Shown one piece after another: positions 6,801 through 16,200 of a stretch of 34,490 nt of DNA; positions within the stretch are counted from its first letter, which is position 1, and each line of letters opens with the position of its first letter. The stretch is from a virus (Duplodnaviria; Caudoviricetes). A model generated the notes under the pieces. That model was given only the letters and a program-made list of their open reading frames with translations. It was not told the DNA's origin and did not search any database. Position numbers and translations under genes: made by a program. The stretch is from IMG/VR virus record IMGVR_UViG_3300043765_000051, positions 1 through 34,490 of that record. One strand, 5' to 3'.

Positions 6801-8534
6801 CTGGTCGAGCACGCCCTGCTCGATGGAATTGAGCTCGATGCCGGGATGGTTCTCGCGGGCCATGAAGATCGCGCTGCGCCGCTCGGGATCGCGAACCGTC
6901 TCGCGGATCCAATTACTGAAGTTGGTGAGGTTGCGCGTCCACACGGCTTGCCGGCCGTTATAGGTGTTGATGACGCCCGCCATGTTTATGCGCATATCCG
7001 GTCGCCAGTGCGCGGCGAGGCCGGGGCCGGCGGCAAGTCCTCCGAAGACCAGTGCGGAGGGGAGTCCCCCGAACAGGTAGGCAGTGCCACCGGCGACGAG
7101 AGCGCGGGCGGCAGCTCTGCCCATCACCTTGCCGGTCGGCTCGCGCAAGCTCGGGTCGTAGTAGCGGATCCAGTTGTTGCGGCGGATGTTCTCGAGCGTG
7201 TAGGCGTTGTCCATCCAGAAGTTCGTCATGCGCGCGTAGGGTCCGCTCGTCTCGGGCGACATCGGGAAGGTGTTGTAGAAGGACGCGATGCGCTGCAAGT
7301 ACTGGCGGGCTTCTTCCGCCTCGGCGCGCGTTGATTTGACGATGCCGGTCCCGGGTGGCTGGTCCTTGGCGTGCGTCGCGTACCCCTCCGCGGTCGGCGT
7401 CACCACCATCTCGGGCGTCGCTCCTCGGGGTGCACCATCGGGCGGGAACACTTGCCCCATGACGCGGCCGGTTTCTTCCGGCGTCAGCGGCGGTGGACGC
7501 TCACCGCGAACAGCTCCCTTGACGGCTCCGATCCCGAGACTCCCTAACGCCGCGCCGCCGGCCGCCATCGAGAGGTCCGAGAGCGTCAAGGGCTTCTCCT
7601 CGCCCGCGGCCTGTGCCGCTGCCTCCCCGCCCCCGAGCGCTGCGAACTCGCCCGCGGTGGCCGCTTTCTCGGCGACTGCAGTGCCGACTTTCCCCAGCGT
7701 CCTGGCGGCGGCCTCGGGGAGCTTCGCCTCGGGAGCGAACCACCAGGCGGGGTCGGCCATACCCGCAGCGAGTCGCCCGGTCGCCCTCCACGGATCCGCC
7801 TCCACGTCGGACCACATGCCCTTGATGCCCTGCCCGAGCTGCGTCAGGTAATCGGGGGCCTTGGGGTCGGTGTTGAAGACCTGTGCCATCTTGGTCGCGG
7901 TCTGCCGGGCGAGCGGCCCTAGCGGATCGACGGGCGTGAAACTGAGCGGGTCGTGCGCGACGGCCTTGCCGGCCTCGATGATGTCCTGAGCGGGAAGCGC
8001 CGGCACGGCCCAGCGGGGGAGTCCCTGCTCGGCGAGCGGATCGGTAACGCCCGTCAGGAATTTGCCGGCCCGACTCTCGATGTCTGCCGCGGCGTCGCGC
8101 GCGCCACCGAGTAGCGCCCCAGGCACTTCGCCAAACCCTTTCCACCACGGGTCACGCGCGAACTGCAGGTCTTTGGGGTCAAGCGTGAAACCCGGCCAGC
8201 CTTTGCTCCGAAGAAACTTCTCCCATTCGGGCGAAAGCGGTTCGCCGGGGCGCGGAGCCGCCCACTGGAGCTCATTGGGATCGAGTGGCGGCAGATCATT
8301 CGGCATCTGCATCGGCGGCTGTTGCGGAGGTTGCGGCCGCTGGGTGTACTCATCCGGGTGCGGCCTCGCGAACTGCATCTGGGAAGGGTCGAGGTACTGC
8401 GTCGGGATGAGGTCGGGGATCGACTGCTCGCTTGGCTCGACGTCCCGGGAGAGCTCCATGTCGGGGTCGGGGTTGGCATTAGGCGCACCGGCCTGTACGC
8501 CGGGGTCGATTTCAGGTCCGGGTCCCTCGGCCAT
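3843..8534 (-). CDS. Giant internal virion / DNA-ejection protein (1563 aa)
   Basis: Last and largest gene of the post-tail block; Gly/Ala-rich membrane-like segments; helical C-terminal region with FAPDW motif; TAATG coupling. Function inferred from podovirus gene order. Confidence 0.7.
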   Translation of the reverse strand: MAEGPGPEIDPGVQAGAPNANPDPDMELSRDVEPSEQSIPDLIPTQYLDPSQMQFARPHPDEYTQRPQPPQQPPMQMPNDLPPLDPNELQWAAPRPGEPLSPEWEKFLRSKGWPGFTLDPKDLQFARDPWWKGFGEVPGALLGGARDAAADIESRAGKFLTGVTDPLAEQGLPRWAVPALPAQDIIEAGKAVAHDPLSFTPVDPLGPLARQTATKMAQVFNTDPKAPDYLTQLGQGIKGMWSDVEADPWRATGRLAAGMADPAWWFAPEAKLPEAAARTLGKVGTAVAEKAATAGEFAALGGGEAAAQAAGEEKPLTLSDLSMAAGGAALGSLGIGAVKGAVRGERPPPLTPEETGRVMGQVFPPDGAPRGATPEMVVTPTAEGYATHAKDQPPGTGIVKSTRAEAEEARQYLQRIASFYNTFPMSPETSGPYARMTNFWMDNAYTLENIRRNNWIRYYDPSLREPTGKVMGRAAARALVAGGTAYLFGGLPSALVFGGLAAGPGLAAHWRPDMRINMAGVINTYNGRQAVWTRNLTNFSNWIRETVRDPERRSAIFMARENHPGIELNSIEQGVLDQVGAFFDMMGETALDADVIRGILDDYVTHIVENAPEMAKGRSEFERIKDALWDIISFRAGEEDRRERGAGVSGTRFGKRRTYPTIMELQEALRGSNLRIKTTDIAEVIDIYGQSMFRAIERKRMIEALKNWPVQGFPPTVLGPENRGMPPEPRGPAGGGLLEDQPYTAEYEEITRPKRLTSDRFTPIASEEPPGPPWGHTRLYALHSNALNWTTDINRLHQLPEVMRGQRVFFMDVPQDQLTRYRKTDTSDIYGDVYEIPGGQPKPGRVQGFRPHQAEPPLADGHTRLYAMEPGARIADREERLTAAANKDPQDLLRDDQLLRDLDQDSTPKRLATDFWNSVYPKLPRDVQHLVEDEIYASDHRPQPGQSWADLGRWLGGDLPRTFAELQGHELGPLVARMLYLMTVHEAPEPTRWFTHNRQMAEMASRDVHHADHLEYVDVPDARAAQHQDPNSTTGYHLPRDVWSGSKRIGLPPSKPPIERPPGGGGGDFPPVDREAANEPGGWYLPPEPPPGAAARKFAAKEPRHLIEPAKDAGPNYETMPGRFLEGYKVHKDIAPQLRFVYDAYTPHDLLIAANRINMTQKRMIVAMSLFHAQNLYQAFLAARRGLGIEAIPLVGAPATYAAAKRMMERYRLPANDPDIEALLMGGLRIGRPLELESDQFNRALAWVQQNVDTTFPITAATEKARDAIGKFDRALNGFTFDTLQNGFKLIVALDSLEQLTGKGIPRARAAEIAANYANTIFGSLDWFRMSQETGSRFARDAAYMFFTPTGKRAMQLLMFAPDWTFATFRSAYMALPGAVEDSSLAALHRRYLMKTALYYLTLANGLNYLMAGKYIWQNSDPTRIEKADGRTMQFSKHAMEPFEFMQDPIQTADNKLGFWPRVAGEMAFGKQWIAHQPHYAPDIVPTGAEGLDVPTAYANFLAKQFLPISSQQWLAGGGVSANISGLFGVQTYGATEEKKQEYKLESRKERFERKKQRMEKGK

Positions 8535-9988
8535 TACATGAGTCCATACCCGGGCGTCTGCGCGGAGGGCGCTGGTGGCGGCGCTTGGACCTTGGCCTGC
8601 TCCTGCGGCGTGAGGGGCCGCCAGTCCTTGCCATCAGTGGTGGCGTACACCCAGCTTCCCCGATATTGAATCAGATGACGCGCGGAGTTCTGCGGGTCGG
8701 TGCTCGGCAGTCCTGCTGGCGGGTCCACGAGCGGACGCCCGGGGCCGGCCTGCTGCTCTCTCATGCGCCGGGCTCGTACCGCGGGATCCTCGAGCGGGTT
8801 CCCTCCCGGGCTCCCCGGTGGCGGTGGAGTTGCGGCACTCGGAGGAGCTGCTCGAGGAGCGGCTGTGGTCGCGCCCCCGGTCGCGGGCTGCATGATCGGA
8901 CTATCCGGCGGAACCTGCCCGCCAGGAGGCGTCGGACCCAGCGGCGCGTACTCATCGAGCAATTCTTCCTTGGCGCGGGTGAGCTGCTCCATGCGACTCA
9001 TGGCGTCCGTGCGCGTGCGCTCGGTCCAGTCCATCACTTCGCCGTACTGCTCTTTCGTCAGGCGCGGATCGTTGATCGCGTTGCGCTGGCGCTCCATGGC
9101 GAGGCGGGCGTCGTCCTCGGTGGCCCGGAGCTGCCGGTCGTAGTAGTCGAGGCGCGCCTTGACCGCGGCGGGGAGCTTGTCGGCAGCGGCGGCCGTGCGG
9201 GCGTTCAGCGTCTTGTTGCGCTCGATGTAGGAATCGTCCCGGCGCTTCTGCTCATCGAACTTCTGCTGGGCGAGGTTGTGCTGGAAAGCCTTATCCCCGG
9301 CGGCCTGCACGGCCTTGTACGCCTGCACGGCGGTCATCTGCCGGCGCTGCTCGGTGGTCCGCATGTTGCCCATCATGCGCTCGACCGCGAGCGCGGCTTT
9401 CTCATCGGCGTCGGCGCGGCCGGCGTAGGCATCGAGCATCATCCGGTAGTACTCGCTCTGAAGGCGCAGGTGCGCCTGCATCGTCTCGAATGCCTGCTGC
9501 CACGCTCTGGAGGCGGCTTCGTACTTATCGCGCGCGCCCGCGTTCAATCCTTGCACGAGCCCGGTCGTGGCCGAGAGCATCTGCAGTCCCGTGAGGCTCG
9601 TCGCCCGGCCCCCGAGCGCTGCCATGATCGCGAACATCGGTGCCATCTGCATCGTGTTGGCGTAGATCCCCTGCTGGGACGGCATCGAGTTCGCCCAGGC
9701 GGCGAGCTGCGGGGCCTGCTCACGGAGCTGCTGGGCGGCGGTCGAAGCGAATTCGGCTTGCTGCTTGCGCGCGGCGGCGGCGTCGGTGAGCTCGCTCTCG
9801 AACATTTTCTCCATGCGCCCCATCGAGGCCTTCTCGGACGGGGTTTCCCCGGCGGCGGTGTAGACCGCGGCCATCTTCGGGTCGATGTCGGCGAGTGCGC
9901 TCGAGAGGGGATCGCTGTCGTCGCCCGGGGCGGGGACGGTCTGCTGATCGGTGACCGGGACGGTCTGTGGGTCTGTGCCGTTCGACAT
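8534..9988 (-). CDS. Internal virion / ejection protein (484 aa)
   Basis: Ala/Gln/Met-rich coiled-coil with hydrophobic segment MAPMFAIMAALGG; position in the ejection block. Confidence 0.65.
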   Translation of the reverse strand: MSNGTDPQTVPVTDQQTVPAPGDDSDPLSSALADIDPKMAAVYTAAGETPSEKASMGRMEKMFESELTDAAAARKQQAEFASTAAQQLREQAPQLAAWANSMPSQQGIYANTMQMAPMFAIMAALGGRATSLTGLQMLSATTGLVQGLNAGARDKYEAASRAWQQAFETMQAHLRLQSEYYRMMLDAYAGRADADEKAALAVERMMGNMRTTEQRRQMTAVQAYKAVQAAGDKAFQHNLAQQKFDEQKRRDDSYIERNKTLNARTAAAADKLPAAVKARLDYYDRQLRATEDDARLAMERQRNAINDPRLTKEQYGEVMDWTERTRTDAMSRMEQLTRAKEELLDEYAPLGPTPPGGQVPPDSPIMQPATGGATTAAPRAAPPSAATPPPPGSPGGNPLEDPAVRARRMREQQAGPGRPLVDPPAGLPSTDPQNSARHLIQYRGSWVYATTDGKDWRPLTPQEQAKVQAPPPAPSAQTPGYGLM

Positions 9989-9989
9989 G

Positions 9990-11165
9990 TCAGTCTCCGG
10001 TGCCGAAGCTCACCGCGCCGGTATCGCTCGGGATGCCGACGTCGACCGTGCCGGTGGTGGTATCGAGGCCGAAGTTCTGCGCGGCGAGGTTACTGCCATA
10101 GTCCGAGAGTGACATTCCCCCCGGCGCTCCCGAGGCGGTCTGCAGGCCCGTCACGAGCGGCGTGGGCAGGCTCCCGGCCGCCGGGAATGTCGTTGAGGGG
10201 TTGTTCGGATCGTTCGCGGTCCACTGTTGCGGATTGTTACCCACCGTCACGTTGCCGCCACCGCCCCCCAGGCCCTTGAGGATGTTCTGCACCGCGTTGC
10301 CGCCCGTGCCGGCCGTCCCGCCGGTCCCTTTACCGCCGCCCCACGCCGTGCCCAAGCCCTGCGCGAGCGCGGAAAAGAGCTGCTGCAGCTGGCCCGCGAC
10401 CTGCGTGTTCGACTGCATCAGGAGCGATACCGCTTGGCTCTGCGCCCCAAGTCCAAAGGCCGAGGAGTTGAGCGCCTGCGTGAGGAGGTTCGAGTAGGAG
10501 GACTGCATCGCCTGCAGCGCTCCCTGCGCCATGTTGATGTTCCCCTGCTCGAGCTGCTGGGCGAGCATCGCGGCGTTGTTGTCGATCTGCTGGTAAGCGG
10601 CGGCGCGAGCGGAAGAGTCGATGTTGCCCGAAGCCCCGAGGGTGGAGTCGACCTGGGCGCGCTGCTGTGAGACGAAGCTCTGCACCTGGGTGTTCTGTGC
10701 GGGAGTCAAATTGCCGGTGCCGTACTGCACGGCGACTTGGCCCAGCTCGTTGGCGGCGGTCGTGGCAAGTGCAGTCTGTGTGCCCATTGGACCCGGTGCC
10801 TGCGGCCCGCCCGTGAGCTGACCGAGTTGAGCCGCGCCTGCCTGCGAGTAGGGTTGCCCGAGCGTGCTGATCGAGCCCGCGAGCTTGGACGCCTCCTGAT
10901 TGGCTTGATGGGCCTCCAGCGCTCCGATGGCCCCGACTCCGCCGAAGGTGGCGACCTGGCCGACGGGGGACGTCAAGAACTGGTTCGCGCCCGTGGTGAA
11001 GCTCGAGAAGGCCGAAGGGTTCGCGGGCGTCGAGTAGGAGCTGCCGGGAACAGGGGCCGTCCCGGGCACCGTGCCGAAGGAGCTGGTCGGGGCGACGTAG
11101 TTCGCCGCGGTCGGATCGGTCGCCTGATAGGCGAGCGCTGGATTCTGTGTCCCGAGGGCGGCCAT
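9990..11165 (-). CDS. Internal virion / DNA pilot-like protein (391 aa)
   Basis: Gly/Ala/Gln/Ser-rich low-charge composition typical of injected pilot proteins; TGATG coupling. Confidence 0.65.
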   Translation of the reverse strand: MAALGTQNPALAYQATDPTAANYVAPTSSFGTVPGTAPVPGSSYSTPANPSAFSSFTTGANQFLTSPVGQVATFGGVGAIGALEAHQANQEASKLAGSISTLGQPYSQAGAAQLGQLTGGPQAPGPMGTQTALATTAANELGQVAVQYGTGNLTPAQNTQVQSFVSQQRAQVDSTLGASGNIDSSARAAAYQQIDNNAAMLAQQLEQGNINMAQGALQAMQSSYSNLLTQALNSSAFGLGAQSQAVSLLMQSNTQVAGQLQQLFSALAQGLGTAWGGGKGTGGTAGTGGNAVQNILKGLGGGGGNVTVGNNPQQWTANDPNNPSTTFPAAGSLPTPLVTGLQTASGAPGGMSLSDYGSNLAAQNFGLDTTTGTVDVGIPSDTGAVSFGTGD

Positions 11166-12334
11166 CAGTGCCTCGCTTCCCGCGCCGGGGCGGTGGTGAG
11201 CGCCGGCAGGTTACCAAGCACCGCCTGCACTTGGGCGGCACCATAGTTTTGGTAGGTCGCCACCTGTTGTGAACTCATCGAGGGTCCACCCCCAAATGCG
11301 GGGACTCCACCCGCGAGCGTCTGCCCACCAATACCAAGTCTCGTACCGGAGTTGATCTGGCCCGATTGCCACTGTCCAATGAAGCTCGTCAGGAGATTGC
11401 CGACGGCTTGCTTCTCCGGTGCGCCCTGCGCGGTTGAGGTGTTTTGCCAGCCGCCCGGCGACATCGAGTTGATCCATGGCTGCACCACCTTGGAATAGAT
11501 CGAGCTGGCTGAATCGGTCGGAGAGATCTGCCCAGCCTTGAGCGCGGCGTTCACCTGGTTGAACATGTCGGTCGTGAATTGATTCTCCCCCATGCGGCCG
11601 TAGCGCTGATAGAAGGGCAGGTTTGAACCCCGCGCGTCGAAGATGCCGGAGAGCATCTGAAAATTTTGGGCCGGCGTGGCACCGGCCACTCCTTGAGCGC
11701 CTGACTTTTGATAAGCCGCGGCGTACTGGTCCCAGCCGACATTTTCAGGGTCCATCCGCCCTGGCCCGAATATTGAACTCACTGCACCGGCTGCTGCTCC
11801 GATTGCAGCACCGACAACGGTGCCGACGCCGGGGAGTATGGATGTCCCAATCGTGGCTCCGGTCTGTGCACCGGACAAGGCGTCAGCTCCCGTCGCGCCG
11901 CTCTGCCAGTTCTTCGCGAACTCATAAAGCGACAAAGCGTCCGCGGCGAAAGGCAAAGCCTGTCCGAGAGTCCCGGTAGTTCCGCCGAGCTCACCGAAGC
12001 GCGTGGCGAGCTGCGCGGCGTTGATCGCGGAGCTCGTGTAGCCCAAGGGCGTGCCGGACTCGATGCCGGTGTAAATGTTGGCGAGGTTACTGAGCGAGGC
12101 AGCTCCCTCACCGACACCCTTCAGGTACGGCTGTGCGGCGGCTGACCACGCCTGCGCGCCCTGCCCGAGATAGCCCTGGGAGGCGAGCGTGGTGCCGAGC
12201 TTGGTGGCGCTCGAGGCGGCCTGAATGTCGCCCTTCGCTCCCCCGCCCGCGATACCCGCAGCGATCCCTAGACCCGGCGCGCCGTACTGCCCGATGTCGC
12301 CCTCAAGTGAGGTTAGGCTGATCGGGTCGGGCAC
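11165..12334 (-). CDS. Internal virion protein with glycine-zipper segments (389 aa)
   Basis: Start moved to GTG 12334 (SD GGAGAGG); GATIGTSILPGVGTVVGAAIGAAAG glycine zipper. Confidence 0.65.
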   Translation of the reverse strand: MPDPISLTSLEGDIGQYGAPGLGIAAGIAGGGAKGDIQAASSATKLGTTLASQGYLGQGAQAWSAAAQPYLKGVGEGAASLSNLANIYTGIESGTPLGYTSSAINAAQLATRFGELGGTTGTLGQALPFAADALSLYEFAKNWQSGATGADALSGAQTGATIGTSILPGVGTVVGAAIGAAAGAVSSIFGPGRMDPENVGWDQYAAAYQKSGAQGVAGATPAQNFQMLSGIFDARGSNLPFYQRYGRMGENQFTTDMFNQVNAALKAGQISPTDSASSIYSKVVQPWINSMSPGGWQNTSTAQGAPEKQAVGNLLTSFIGQWQSGQINSGTRLGIGGQTLAGGVPAFGGGPSMSSQQVATYQNYGAAQVQAVLGNLPALTTAPAREARH

Positions 12335-12497
12335 CGTCCTCTCCGTTCGCCTTGGGGGCGGCGGGTTGGTTGAGCTGCTCGGTGATCTTACCGAGTAGAC
12401 CAGGTGCAAGCCCCGACTGCAGCATCACCCCGCCCGCGTTCAGAAGGATGAGCACGTGCTGCCAGTCGGTCTGCTCGAGCTCGATACGCAACTTCAT
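12303..12497 (-). CDS. Small protein after tail-fibre genes (possible fibre chaperone)
   Basis: 64 aa; strong SD TAAGGAGG; position at the end of the fibre module. Confidence 0.6.
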   Translation of the reverse strand: MKLRIELEQTDWQHVLILLNAGGVMLQSGLAPGLLGKITEQLNQPAAPKANGEDGARPDQPNLT

Positions 12498-12506
12498 GTG
12501 TCCTCC

Positions 12507-13217
12507 TTACGGCTGACTCGTGGTGCGGACGTTGTAAACACCTTTGGCGCTAGTCGGCGCGACGGGGCCGGTGAGGAAATTACCGGCTTGAAAGGCGGTG
12601 ACGGTGCCGGGAAACCCCGAGCCAGAAGTGCCTTGGAAAGCGCCAATCCCGGGTGCCGATCCCGTGCGGGTTGCCGCCTCAATCGTGTTGCCGAGCGTGT
12701 TCAACGTGCCGGTGAATGTTCCCGCATTGGCCCCGTAACGTATCCAGGCGATCGCAGTGCCTTGAATTTGAAACTGCAGTGTCTCGCCCGCGACCCAAGT
12801 CGGCGACATCGGTCCCCAATTCGTCTGGGTCGTAATCGGGGCTGGCGTCGCCCCGGCATTCGATCCCCATAACCAGACTGACGAATTAAAGCGAAATTCG
12901 GCCGCCAGCCACGTGCCGCCCGTGATGGCGCGCAGAATGACCGCCAGTCCCGACGTGGCCGAAGGCGGAAGAGTCGCCGGCATGTTGATGCTTGCCCACT
13001 GGTCCGCCCCGAACGTCACCGAAGACACATAAGCAACGGGGCCACTCGTGTAATCGTAAGCGCCACCACTGGCGGCACCAGTCGCGGTCACGAGCACGTT
13101 GTTCCCTTTGCTGTAGGCCCACTGGCTCGTCGTGTGCTGAGCCGCTGAATAAGCCGTCAACTCCGTGCTAGAAGTGACGATGCCGACGCCCAGCGGATCA
13201 GTGAACAGTGTTGTCAT
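12507..13217 (-). CDS. Beta-sandwich (ConA/lectin-like) tail-associated protein (236 aa)
   Basis: Start moved to ATG 13217 (TAATG overlap, MTTLFTDPLG...); alternating beta-strand pattern ADQWAS / GLAVILRA / AGETLQFQIQG / GSAPGIG. Confidence 0.55.
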   Translation of the reverse strand: MTTLFTDPLGVGIVTSSTELTAYSAAQHTTSQWAYSKGNNVLVTATGAASGGAYDYTSGPVAYVSSVTFGADQWASINMPATLPPSATSGLAVILRAITGGTWLAAEFRFNSSVWLWGSNAGATPAPITTQTNWGPMSPTWVAGETLQFQIQGTAIAWIRYGANAGTFTGTLNTLGNTIEAATRTGSAPGIGAFQGTSGSGFPGTVTAFQAGNFLTGPVAPTSAKGVYNVRTTSQP

Positions 13218-16200
13218 TACAGCATCTCCACTACGAAACAATCGACGCGGAACTGCCCGCCGCTCGATGGGGTGCTGAGTGTATTGCCCCAATTTGAGGA
13301 AAACACCAAGTAGCTCCCGTCACGCGAGACGGTGCAGAAGGCGTTATCCCAGAAGTTAAAGCTGGTGCCATAGATGTTGCTGAAGGCGAAATTGTGACAG
13401 ATCCGCCACCAGCCGGGTGCAGCCGGATCGGTCGAGTACATCATCATCTCGCGCTCTGCGACACGAGCGACGAAATAGAATGTCTGATTCGGGAATGCCG
13501 TACCGTCGTCCATGCCGGGGCCGGATTGAGTGCGCAGCGCCGGCACGTGCATACCGGCCCGCTGGTTCTGCCACGACATATAGCCCGAGGCATTCCGAGA
13601 CATCTGGGTTCCCGATGGCGCAGACGCCGCAAAAATATCGCGCTGCGTACCGGGGGCGGGCGGCGGCTGCATTGCATTCACATTCAGCACACCGGTCGTA
13701 TCGACGTAACTGCGGATCGTAAAATTGTTGTTCAAGAACTCAATCTGCTGGCTGGTATCGTGATCCTGCATGTTCCAAGGCGGTGATGCGCCCGCGCATA
13801 CAATTACCGCCTGTGCAATCGGCGCATAAAGATCCCAAAACAGCGTCGGTTGGTGCGCATTGTTGTAAGTCCAGACGTTGTTACCGTTGCAGACGATTCT
13901 CAAATAACGGCCGCTATCCTCCAATGAGCACTGGTGGCCGGTCGGCCACGGCATCGTCGAGCCCGGCCCCGCGATGAGGCTATAGTTTGGAATCGCTACC
14001 CCGTCGATAGTCCCGTATTGCATGTCGAGGATGTGCTGGACGCCCTGCACCACTGCCACGAATGTGGAACACCGATCCTGCTGACCCGCCATGAAGCCAA
14101 TGTTGTAATTGTCAGCCACGTTCGGATAACCCACATAGCGGTTGTTGGGGTCGGTGTAGAGCGAGGCAACAAAGCCAGCATAGTTATAGAACGCAGTCTG
14201 CACGCCGGTTGTCACGTCGGTATACCAAAAGTGCCCATCGCGGAACGGACCCTGCGTCCAGACACGAGTCTCAATTACCGGATCCCAAATCAGATCGGGG
14301 CCGATTCCCCAATCGACATTGCCGGTGGTCGGGCGATTGAGACTAGTCGCCTGGAAATTGACTTTATTGAGCTGGAAGAAAAAGGCCCCGGCATTGCCAA
14401 CGCCAATGTAATTGCTGAACAGCGAGAAGTTGCTTTTTTCAGAACCACCCTGCGTGATGGACTGTCCGGCCCCTATCGCTCCCTCCGTCAGACGCAGAAT
14501 GCGATAGCCGGAAATGTCATCGGTAATGATCGAGTTGCGAGGCCCCATAGTCGGCGGCACGATGCCAGTGCGCGGTGTAGCGAGTCCCGAGCCGGTGACG
14601 TTTGCTGGTGAGCCACCACCTGCGGGTTCGGGATGCACGTTGAAATCCCGTGGCGCGGTATAGCCGAGTTTCGGCTGCGCCAGCGTGATGATCGAATAGC
14701 TGCGAGTCGCCGTCGCATTCGTGGTTGTGTCAGTGACCGTCACGCCGAAAGTGCATTGAGTCGTGGTCTGCGAACCGTTGACGAGTTGATTCGGCGTGCC
14801 ACTCAGTAGCCCCGAGCTTGAGAGCGACAGGCCAATGGCGGGGCTGAAGGGCGTTGTGACGGCCCACGAGTAGTTGCCCGAGCCACCCTGCGCCTGCAAC
14901 TGCTCCGAGAACGGTATGTTGAGCGTTGCGGTGCGCAGGTTACGGGTAAAGATGCTCAAGCCCGGCGGCAAGGCGATATTCAGCTTTATCTGCGCCAAGG
15001 CTGTCGCCGAAGCCGAATCGGTGACGCCAGCGAGAAATGTGAAATACCCCAGCGCCGGCAGCGTGCCGGCCGGTGGACTCGTGGGTGGCGTACCGGTGAG
15101 CGCTCCGGTCGTCGCATTGAGCGTCAGCCAGTATGGGATGCCCGTCTGTGCCCACGTGTAGGGTGGCGTACCGCCGGAGGCTGAGAGCGTCGCGGTAAAT
15201 GGGGCATTAAGTGTCGCATTCAGCACCGTTGCAGCGATAACCGGCGGGCCAGTCACCGGCGTCGTGATGAGAGTGACTTGCGCCCGTCCGACACGAGCTG
15301 TGGGTGTGCTGCTGTCAGTCACCTGCACGATGAAATAATCGCCATACGGACCAGTGACGTTGGTCGCGGTCCCCGGCGTGCCGGTGAGGAGTCCAGCCGT
15401 CGACAGAGCCCAGGTGTTGCCGCTGGCGGCATGCGTCTCTTTGAGGGTATAGGTATAGGGAGCCGTGCCCCCCGTCGCCGCGAGCTGCGTCGAGTAAGCA
15501 GTGCCAATCTGCGCGTTCGGCAAGATGAGCGAGGTGAGCCTCACGACCGATTTTAATTCGACGATGAAAAGATCCTGCCGTTGCGAAGCAGCTCCCGTCG
15601 AAGTCAAGAGCGTGTTACCCCAACGGGATTGGAACAGGATGTAATCACCCTGCATCGTCACCTGGCCGACGACACCGGCACCGTAAAAGTCCAAGGCGCC
15701 GGCCGGATTGGGAAACGCGAACACGTGGCAGAGCCGCCAAGTCGTGACATTGCTCGCGTAGGCATCGGCATCGGTCGACCAAGCCGAGAGCTCGCGCTGA
15801 TAAGCCGCCGCGATCGGCGACCACGACGAATAGGCACCGTTGTTCGTCAGGATGAACGGCACCTGCATGTTCTCGCGGCCGTTCTCCCAGCCGGCATAGA
15901 CTTCCCCGCCAGTACCAGTCGGCCCGGGCGGCGCAGCCCCTTGAAGGAATACCCCGCTCTGTAACTGAGAAAGATTCAACGTGCCGCGCAACCGCCACTG
16001 GTTGAGGAATGTCAGATAAGTGCTGTTGACGTAGCGATCCCAGCGGGTGTTGTGGTGACCCATCACATACTCGGGCGCAGTCGTCGACTGAATGTGATAG
16101 ACACCCGCAGTGTTGTAGTTAACCGGCCACTCGTCAGTATTCCAGAAGAAATTACCGCCACCCGTCCCGCCACCTCCCGACATCTCGATCATCACGACGC

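Noticed and set aside
8585-10279. Long plus-strand ORFs (564 aa here; also 5949-7334, 22719-24095, 18958-19935, 26844-27764, 29186-30106)
   Set aside because: Antisense shadows of well-supported minus-strand genes in high-GC DNA; no recognisable motifs or SDs.
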